From the NCBI GenBank assembly GCA_030141605.1, contig JAQGDQ010000028.1:992001-1056000 (forward strand): a stretch of DNA of 64,000 nt. Reading direction: 5' to 3'. Every line of letters begins with the position of its first letter. Position 1 is the stretch's first letter. Of this stretch, positions 1-24,600 are shown piece by piece. A model generated the notes under the pieces. The model ran no database searches. It saw nothing but the letters and a program-made list of their open reading frames with translations, and was not told where the DNA came from. Made by a program: the position numbers and the translations under genes. Source of the DNA: Tubiluchus corallicola. Lineage: Eukaryota; Animalia; Priapulida.

Positions 1-699
1 ACTTTACATAAGTAATTCATAATAAAAGGGTTAGCAGTCAAGATTATTCACACGATTAGTAATAAAAACAACATGTCGATAATAACAAGAATTAATGGGC
101 CTAGTATTTCTGATAAAGTATATAAGCAGTACAATTTCTTTCAAATTAACATGTTACAATGTAATTTAGAATTGATAGCAGCTGTGCTGTTTTAAAAAAT
201 TAAAATCATTACATTCGACGCAGTTTCTAGCCATATTAACCATTACCTGTTGGTTTAATATCAAAGCCTTTTTCCTCACTGGTCTCCTTGCAAAAAATAT
301 TATGTTCATTTTCTAACTGATAACTTCTACAGTTCAATGTGAAACATATCTGTCATAAATTAAAACCCATTGCTGATTTAACAGTAAACAGAGCTTGGTG
401 TGCCACAAATTTAATAATTGTGTTACTACTTTGTTTGTAGTTAAAATAGTATTTAATAAAACGCTTGACATATTGTTGACTTGGATGTACAATATTAGCA
501 ATATAAGGTAATATGTAAGTGTGCCCTCGATATGGGAGGCACCATAACTTACGCACAGCAATATTCCAGGAGATAGCGATAAATTTTAAATTACAATTAC
601 AATTAAATTACAACGTTTATATTTTAAACATTGTTCAGGTTTAGGAAGAGTTTTGATGAGTTTCATAGAAAGTTAAACTGCTCTTGCATTTACCGTTAA

Positions 700-15381
<14,682 letters not shown>

Positions 15382-17327
15382 AAACAACAGGGCGTGCAAA
15401 ATTGTGACTGCGAGATACTCAGAAGTTCTGTGAGATAATATGTGCCGATGTGATTGTACATCTAGTTGCTTCTACACTGAAATTGACTTGTGTGGGATTT
15501 TACGTTTCTGTTACTGGTTACTAGAAACCGATCCCATTCTACTAGTTTATGCAGTGCTGATGCCGAAGTGTGGAACTTTGTGGTAAACTGGTCTCAGTGT
15601 TACATGCCATCACAGCTTCGTTGTAGTTCAGTAAGACCAACGAGTTTCCCCGTGTGTTGCTAGTAACTAAATTCAGTATGTATTAATGAAGCCGTAAACT
15701 TTAATTTATGTACATTTTCAACCATGGTCTCACAGATTTTGGATGTATTTTGTACAGTTTGCCACCATATGTACTCAAGTGTTTCTAATGATACTTTCTG
15801 CCAGCTTTTTTGTTGTTTCTGTTGCATAATATATTATGTGCTCATATTGATTGTTGGAAGACATTTTTTATTGCTGTTGTACTATATTGGGTACAGGGAT
15901 GATGAGTCACGTAAATTGTATACGAATTGTGTCTATTTTAACAGTATTACGACATGGTTCTAGTTCGTGTTAAATTTTGTTATTTTTGCAAATTTGTACC
16001 CGTGTGCAGTGCAGATAAGATTTTCTTCTTCATGCTAGTATTCATGAAGTTTCTGAGCAAGTTTCTGCAATGCAACATAGGCCTCTGTGGAGTACTGCAG
16101 AAAGTAAGGGTACATCTATGTAATCATCTTACATAAATTTTTTCTGGAATGCACTCTGGAAAAATGCGGGGAGAATATGATCAGGAATTATTATGTAAGC
16201 CTATGCAGACTGTTCATGAATTTGTGTTATCTTTGTGTGATCGACTTACATCCATCACATGTTCAGTGTTGTGTATTCTTTGCTACACTACAAAGTTTAG
16301 TAGAAATTTACGATTCTGTGCGATAATTGAAGCCCACTGCTGTAAGTGTGATAGCTAAATGTGGCAAGATGGCTTTCATCAATTCAACAAACTTCAACCT
16401 GGCTGCCTGGGGCCAATGAATTCAAACACCTAAATGTAAGTCTTGTGCTTCGTTATTACTGCGTAAAAGGTAATTCCATAAAAAAAAATTATACAATTTT
16501 ATGGATTAGATGCTACGAGTTTCACACATAATTTCATTTCTATTTGGCAAAAAATAGTTTCTGTGGTCTCAAAAGTTTGATTCAACTGTCTGTACAGTGT
16601 TAAGTTTAACTTTGTTTTTCTGTGCCTCACTTCACTTGTTGAATTATAGGTTTTGTGTTATAGTTTCAGGAAGAGACTTGTTTTGTGATACAGTACATCA
16701 CTTTTGACTTTTTTGCAAAAAAAGTGTGGTATAAGCTTTACAATGTAAAAAATTGATTAAAATTCTGCTTTTGACATAGTTGTGATAGCATTGTCAAAGC
16801 CATAAGGTACTGTTGACATAATGAAAAATTAAATGCGTGTAAAAGATTTATTTGAAATAAATTTGTCAAAAGGAAATAAACCACATTTCACCATGTTTTG
16901 GCCAAGATACACAAAAAGTTATTATGATCAAGTTATTCTTTTTCAACATAGATTTACATGTTACTTTGCAATATAGGCAATACATTGTTCATTTTACAGT
17001 TAACTGCACACTTTCTGAACTGTTGAAATGTTCAGCAAGTATTACAGTACATGTATTAACGTAGTCCTTTATTCCATACAAAAGTACATGTATGAGCATT
17101 TCAATTCCGCAAAAATCATGCAAGTCGCCCCTTTGCTACTAGCATTTGTCGTGTTAATAGTATACATATTTATATCTTAATGTACTGTGTTCTTGTAATC
17201 CACGTGAATTGTATATTTAATTAGTGTAAAGATGCAAGTTGTTCTGACAGTTTCAAAATGACAGTCGAGCACTGTCGCAATGAGGTGCTTTCATAGATGC
17301 AAAATCATACTGAACTGATACATGTGT

Positions 17328-17333
17328 AATAAA
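17328..17333 (+). terminator. Candidate MARK polyadenylation signal
   Basis: AATAAA about 1.95 kb after the stop, followed by a GT/T-rich tract. More proximal AATAAA hexamers occur near 16856 and 16876. Confidence 0.45.
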
Positions 17334-18567
17334 CCCTTGTATAGTTTAAGCAAGTTGTTTTCTTACTGTTTGTGCTTATTCAATTGGTTAACATGGCTGC
17401 AACCACACGCAGCATTTGCATTTCACTTTAGAACAGCAAAACTTAACACAACTTCATGCAGTAAGTGAAGGGTGGCATCACATATGTGCTGACATTCATG
17501 CATACATACAATTGTTAAATACCGCATGAAGCTAGTTAGGAAACTTTAGATGGTCCAGGAATGGGCAGCAAATGGTTATAACTGTAGAAGGCTATTCCTT
17601 TGCATTTTTATTTGCTGGGTAAAATTGGTACATGTATAACTACTGTGACATTACTTCCATAATGAAAATTAAATTTGTTTGAAGGGAAATTGCATAGTTT
17701 GTTTACTCACTTAGAATGGGCACATTTAAGCACATCGGAAGATTATGAACTCATTCACTGAAGTAACATAATTTTTCCCAGGTACACACACATGTATGTA
17801 CTGTCTGCCACTTAAAGCCTTGAGCTGCTTTTGATTCTCGTTTAGTGCAGTATAGCTTATATTAGACTGGACATGTAAATGTATAGTTTATTAATATGGT
17901 ATTGTATACATCATTTTAGTCAGCATGGTTGAGTGAAGCAATGGATGTATGGCATTACTGGTATAGCACTGTTTTTCCATTCTGAGAAAAATTCTATATT
18001 AAAAAAATAAATATGTTGTTGCACGAATCAGTCCTTACAATACAATTTGTAAACGACATCTGAATACTTTTTGATATTACATGCATTTACAAAACATAAT
18101 GCAAACTTAATAAATTACATTATCATACACGAATAAAATATCACAGCATACGAAATTTGGTTTTCCGTGCTTTTCTCATTATGTATTAATGTTACTTTGA
18201 GAACATTTATTTTTATTTATTTATATCATTAAATGTTTACTGTATATATATATATTCCAGCAAAGTTTATCCTGCATGTACATTGTCAAGGATTATCCAA
18301 AGTTAGAGAGCATAATTATGTTGGAAGGAATTGTGTAGGCTCAATAGAGCATAACTGCTTATATTACTGCTGGCCAAAATAAAATAACATAACTACTGAA
18401 CATTCAACAATTAACACGGAGAGAAAATGAACAATATGAAGTTTAAAAATCGCTTGAAAACCTTGCAGAATTTTGTTGTAGTTTTTAATGTGTAGTTTCT
18501 TCATTGCATCAGCAATTGGATTGATGATGTCCTATATGGAGTAACAATGAAGCCACTCTACTTCCTA

Positions 18568-21566
18568 TCAGTCAAATTTAACACCCTTTTCATGGGCTTT
18601 CAATTTTTTACTACTTGGATTAATTATACTCATTCCTTCTTTTCGACGTACTACTTTGCGTCCCTTTTTGTAAGTATCTGGACTTGCAACATCAAACCGA
18701 GTCACAGATTTACCTGATATGCCACTGCTCTTTGCCTTCTCTAGTTCAGACGATAATTTAGACACGTCATGCTGAAGTGAATTGTTAGTATCAGCAAGGA
18801 GAAATAGCGCCTTTTTCAGTAAAAGTTTTGCATCCGTAGCTGTGGCCTCTGTTAGGTTGAACATGAGTGATCGTGATCCAGACCCCAATGTCATGCTTAG
18901 GCTAGATCCGACAGGTGAGATATTCATTGCAGCAGCGGCAAATGCTGTCCTGTAAAAGGACGCAAGTATAGCAGCATTAAACAACTTGCTCAAAATCAGC
19001 ATTAAACGTGGCAGTTATACTTTTGTAATCTAAAGGTCACTGGTTCAAACCCAGGCTCAGTTGCAACTTGCACATTTCCTTTTCTCGGTTAGGTTTGGTT
19101 CAAATTTTCAATTGTTGCAGATTTATTCCATCATTACACAGCCTAAAAGGGGAGTTAATATTATTTACACACAAACGCACACTCACACACATACATACCG
19201 TATTTTACCAAAGAAATCAGCAAACGAATCCACAGATTCTACTACCATATTGCTTAAATCACTTTTGTCCAGTGTTGCTTTCCATACACTAATGCCATCG
19301 GTTGCACATAAAGACCATAAAACCGTATTGTCGTCAAAAGAGGTGAAAGCAATATAGCTGCAAAGAAAAGCATTATAAAGGCATAATACAATTAGTTACT
19401 AGTATCAATTTTTATTTATTTTGTTCACTCCAGCAGGATAGGATCCTATGATGAAAGTTTACTTGCAGCACCCATAGCACCCGTGAGCTGGCTGCTAGAC
19501 TGCTGTTAACCTAGCCATGTGATTTTCTTTACAACTTAGAACAATTAGCTTCACACATATAATACTAATTTTACCAAAAATATTAAAGACCCTTTTTTGG
19601 GCTTTCAATTTTTTTACTACATTCGGATTAATTATATTTATTTCCTTCATTTTGATGTATATCCTTGTATCAAAAAGCTATCAAGGTTTAATGCATTTGT
19701 GAAAAAATTCATACTTATAGTCTACTATACTACTTTTAACATTCTCAAACTATAGACCAGTCCAAACTCGTTAATGTTGTGACTGAGTGGCGCTGAAAGT
19801 TGAAAGCAATGTGTCTATACCATCAATCTGTAATGTCTATCACACTTCCAGGGGAATCGTCCTTGTTCCATAAACCTCTGTAACGAATATTATGCTTGCG
19901 CCCCACCTAGCTCATACATTAATGTTACGAAGGATTAGGGTTGCCAGATTAGAAAATTAGAATACGGGACACTCTTAAAATCTCTCTATATATTACTGTA
20001 TATTTAAATTTATACATGCCTACACACCCAGACCAATATATTATATAAAAGAAGAGACATAAGTTAAAAACATAAATCGAATTGCAAGCAGGCCGTTTTG
20101 TGAAAACACCTAGCAACACTAGTTTCCTCGTTACACTTGGGTTATTTTCATCAAGAGAATCTGAGAAAAGAAAGTATAAAGTTATAAAGTAAAAAATATA
20201 AAGTTACAACTAAGAACTGTAAGAAGGTAGTAAAAATATCTTTTGTTTACGAAATTTGAAAATGAGCTAAATACGGGACATTTTGGTGTCCATGGTCCGT
20301 ACAGGACAAGGGACAAAACTGTAAAATATGGGACATGTCCCATATATAAGGGACGTCTGGCAAGTGACAACCCTACGAAGGATCAGAGACCTGGCCAGAT
20401 TAGAATTCAAGTCCCACTCAATTTTCTCCGAGCGACTGCCTATTTTGATGGTGCATTATGACAAACTGCCCTGCTCTTACGATACCGAAGGTTGATCAGC
20501 ACCTGAGTGGTGGAAAAAGTTAATGAAATAATAGGATATAAAAGTCCAATAAGTTCAGCATTTGTTTTTATAAAAACAAAAAATTGATATTTGACCCAAG
20601 TTTTTGATGCATACGATCATATAAAATGTATTTTAACTTGAATAAATGATTAAATCGCTACAAGAAGAATTTTTTCGAAGTGTGTTTACACTGATTTTTA
20701 TTGAAATAAACTAAGTAATTTTTCAAAATAACAATTATAATTATTAGTCATCTTCATTATAATCCGCATTATAACTAAGCACGCCACGTGCATTCAGATT
20801 TTAATTTCCACAGCCGTCATGTTAATAACGTTTCATGTACGTGTTTTTAAAAAACTGTTGTCTGGCACAGCAGGTTGTTTACATTAAATGTTAGTAGAGG
20901 GGTGGACTGAACACACACATAACAAGTAAATTTAGTTAAAATAATTGCTATAGCAAGTAATTTTAGGTCCTTTAAGCCACCAATTTATTCAGTCAAAAGA
21001 ACTAACGTTTCTACTGAATAAAGTCATGTTCAGCATTTTTACTGTTTCAGCATTATCTCAATTATTAAATAAATAATGTGTATTTTCACAGAATTATATA
21101 TATACATAAACGTACTGGGCATAGAAATGCTGACGGTCCACGAGTACTCACGAGCAATCGTGAGAGCAGCGCGGATCATCATAATGAGATAAGCAATCAT
21201 GTCGAACAGGCGAAAATTGACCGGGACCTGGATTCTAATAGAGTGCCAGATATACTAAGTGGGTAATTGCAGCTGAATGTGGTGCTCGGATCCAGCTTGC
21301 CACCAACAAAATCGCGACATGCTGTCTAAAAACGTCAGAGTAAATGGATGATGAACATTAATATAGTTACATTATTCTAAGCCGACTGCCTGACTTTAAG
21401 TTTAACGTGTTACTGTGATAACAAAATTTACACGTATGCATAATATGCCGTAATACTAATAGTAACTAATAATATACCGCAACCCGTTAGCAGCAACATC
21501 ACAGTGTAGGTTAGATATACTAAAATCAATCGCAAAATTATTTCCTAAATTAAATTCTGATGACAT
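18568..21566 (-). CDS. PAXX: PAXX, paralog of XRCC4 and XLF (NHEJ accessory factor), about 209 aa, 3 exons
   Basis: Exons 21566-21478 (MSSEFNLG...ANGLR, phase 2), 19357-19199 (YIAFTSFDDNTVLWSLCATDGISVWKATLDKSDL...FFGKIR, phase 2), 18949-18568 (TAFAAAAMNISPVGSSLSMTLGSGSRSLMFNL...coiled coil...RRKEGMSIINPSSKKLKAHEKGVKFD); total 630 nt. The C-terminus matches the recalled human PAXX Ku-binding tail RRRCPGESLINPGFKSKKPAGGVDFD, and the head matches F-V-C-Y...L-Y-V-TD...W...L-TL...L-FDL. Exon 1 is the least certain. Confidence 0.88.
19589..19659 (-). pseudogene. Frameshifted duplicate of the PAXX C-terminal coding segment (18583-18650) inside PAXX intron 1
   Basis: acccttttttgggctttcaatttttttactacattcggattaattatatttatttccttcattttgatgta aligns to acccttttcatgggctttcaattttttactacttggattaattatactcattccttcttttcgacgta with small indels, same orientation. 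Confidence 0.8.
19936..20375. mobile_element. Non-autonomous hAT-type MITE (440 bp)
   Basis: Termini TAGGGTTGCCAGA ... TCTGGCAA(gtgacaa)CCCTA; exact 8-bp TSD CGAAGGAT at 19928-19935 and 20376-20383; subterminal GGGACA repeats. Confidence 0.9.
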
Positions 21567-21674
21567 AATGGTGGGCAAATAATTATTTCATATTATCTGA
21601 GCTTTCCTGAGGGCACCGCCATACTGCAAATGAAGTTAAGATTTTTCTACAATAGATGGCACAAACGCAGCAAC
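21567..21674. promoter_or_regulatory. Compact bidirectional promoter region between PAXX and PNPT1
   Basis: Divergent ATGs at 21566 (-) and 21675 (+). YY1-like cores CCGCCAT (21616-21622) and AGATGGC (21654-21660). TSS positions are not determinable. Confidence 0.6.
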
Positions 21675-24600
21675 ATGTCCGCGACTAACACGTTGTGTTG
21701 GCGAAATAAACTTCTAGTTTTTTTAGTGCACCAAAGAAGTCTTTCATTATGTAACCGTTTAAAAATGGGTCGAAGGTTTAAACATACCAGTAGTTGGCGA
21801 AACATTAAGACTGGCAATGTGGAAGTTTACCTTGGCGGGAGGTAGGCCTTGATAAGCTGTTATACTTATAATTATTCTTAATTTAATGTTTTCCATAGAA
21901 ATAGGGATCTAGATTGTAACTGTAATACGCACACGACAATTAATACAGGTGCTGACATCTAGTCTTAAACTGTAATCCAACATACATGAACTTGGTCAGT
22001 GAACCATATTAGTACACCTTCCCCTAGTTTCAAATGTCTCGGGAACAGATAGTCAAACTAAACAACTAAACATCAATACAACAATACGAAAAGTTCAAAT
22101 TAACAAAGTTCACCATCCATATCTTTGTGGAGCTTTTCGCACACGTTTTCTACGACGCAACTCGACTGATGATTTATCTTCGGCGTTATCCTTGCACACC
22201 GTATCATCTGAGTCTGAAGCAATTGGTATGATGTCAAGGTGATATCTTCTCACATTTCCAGATTTTGTGTCCACAATATATAAATGATTATCACTTTCCC
22301 ACTTTTCTGAACTATAACGCTATCACGCTACTGCCTACTGGTCTTGAATATGTAGTTTGTCCTGCAGAAAGTGGTTTCATGCTCTATGCCAATAATCGCA
22401 TTTAACTCTTTTTCTACATTTAGAAATGCCAATGTGTCCTGTGTGGATTCTCTCAAGAATGTCGAGTCTTTCACCAGGTGGCATTACAATCCTGTTACCA
22501 TGCAGCAGCAACCCACGATATAGAGCGAGTTCATGCCAAATTTCCCAATACGGCTTCAACACAGTTTCAGTTGAAGAAAAATGTTTTGGCCAAGAAGACT
22601 GACACTACTCTTAAACTTTCCGACAGACTTCATCCAACTCTTGTGCTTCCTTGATATCTTGTAATCTTTGACAGCTGGCTGGCAACCTAGAAACCGCAAA
22701 TTATGAGAAAACTTCGCATACGGGTATTTGTATTTTCTCAAGGTCTTTACTTGTTGATTTACCACTCGTCATATGCTAAAGCAAGTCAGGCAGAAGGTTG
22801 GTTTGGTTATATCAGGAATGTCCGATACTTCATAGCTGTATCTCATTAAACAAAGTCTGAATCGTTGCATTATTCACATCTTTTGATGTCAAAATTGGGA
22901 TCAGCGGCTTGTGGTCTGTCTCCACGTAAAGCTGGCAAATTTATGGAAAGCGCATGCTATAGCAAGACACGTTCACTACACACTCTGTGCCAGTCAGTGC
23001 AGGTGATACTGCTGCTACAGGCTTATGAGATCCATCTCTTTTTATCTGACTTAACTGCACTCCCATGCCACAGTAACTTGAATCTGAAGAAATAATGGTT
23101 TTCAAAGACATGTCAGTGCAGCATATTTAGTTGAATACTTGCAAAATTGGTTTATTGCCTCAAGAAAGCTCTGTAGTTCTTTAACACATTTTGGCTCTGG
23201 CAGTTGCAGTAGAGTGTCACCACTCAATAGTGTGGTGATCTGGTCGAATGTCTTGTGCGTCGATGACGTTTCCAAGAAGGTTTTATGCTCTTTTGACCAA
23301 AAACACATTTTTCCTCATTCAAGGTCATTCCAGAGTCAGCAATGTGCTTCAAGACTGCGTCTAAAATGTGATCATGTGCTTCCGTGATTTCACCGAAAAT
23401 TAGAATATTGTCCATTTGAACTACCACGTTAAGAATTCTACCTAAGATGTCTGACATCTGCCGCTGAAACACTTCTGGAGCTGAACACAAACGGAGCTAA
23501 AAGCAATAAGAAATGTTGTTAATTTCTGTGATTCTGGAGATAACTCAATTTGCCAGTAACCACAATTAGCATCCAGTTTTGAAAACATCATTTTCTAGGT
23601 AATGGTTTACTATTGGAGTGGGCATGTAATTGTGAAAAAATCTTGTAAGTGATAAACATGACTAAGTTAAATGTTGGATTTGTTTTCCAGGCCAATGAAA
23701 TTTGCAACTGGCAAACTTGCAAGATTTGCTGATGGTTGTGCAACTGTTCAGGTATGTCTCTTTACTCGTTTGTTATCAGGGTCTTAGTGATGACAATTGA
23801 TATTAGATATTACTTGATTTTTTTCTATTACAAAATATAATAAATGTTCAGTTTCTAACAGTTTTTGTGGCATGTGTTGTGTGCAAGAAAGTAAAATAGC
23901 CATGTAATGCAAGATTTTTGTAGTTTACATTACGTCACAAAAAAGTGAATTATTTTATGGTTCCTCTCATGTAGATGTGTATACATGTGTGTGCTGGTGT
24001 GTGTACAGTTATACTGTATATAGCAATATATTATAACTTACAAACACACATATGTACATACCTATATATATAGCTCAATAGTATCTGGTAGCACGTTGCT
24101 TTCATATTATATACACTATATAAAGCAACATGTTACCAGATTTAATCTACATCATCGGATGCACAGATGCACACATTTGAAATACATTTATTGTTATATA
24201 TTGCATGAAAGCAACATGCTATCAGATTTAATCTACATTATCGAATGCATAAATGCACACATTTGAACTACATTTATTGTTATATATTGCATGAAAGCAA
24301 CATGCTATCAGATTTAATCTACATTATCGAATGCACAAATGCACACATTTGAACTACATTTATTGTCTTACATTTTTATTAGTATTTATAAGTTTGTTAG
24401 TATTAATTGACATTTATTGCTGAATTTATTTATTATCAAATTATTAGTACGATGTCTTAGTTAATGACATTATCCTGCCCAATGTCGCTCAAAGCTGTTC
24501 AATTGTTAAGGACATTTGAAGTAGTTCTCTGTGTTTGCACACTCTGTATCAGGCCACCATTTACGATCTCCGTCAAGCAATTTTTCTTCTATTGGTAACG

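Noticed and set aside
19010-19060. tRNA gene suggested by B-box GGTTCAAACCC
   Set aside because: No A box or cloverleaf; at most a decayed SINE fragment.
19715-19871. Alternative two-exon N-terminus for PAXX (MEQGRFPW.../FENVKSS...)
   Set aside because: Phase-compatible but with weak splice sites. The exon at 21566-21478 gives the expected R-Y/F junction, a length close to human PAXX and a promoter-proximal position.
24122-24365. CRISPR-like array interpretation of the tandem repeats (also 44201-44314 and 52540-52644)
   Set aside because: Units are contiguous with no unique spacers, the context is eukaryotic and there are no cas genes.
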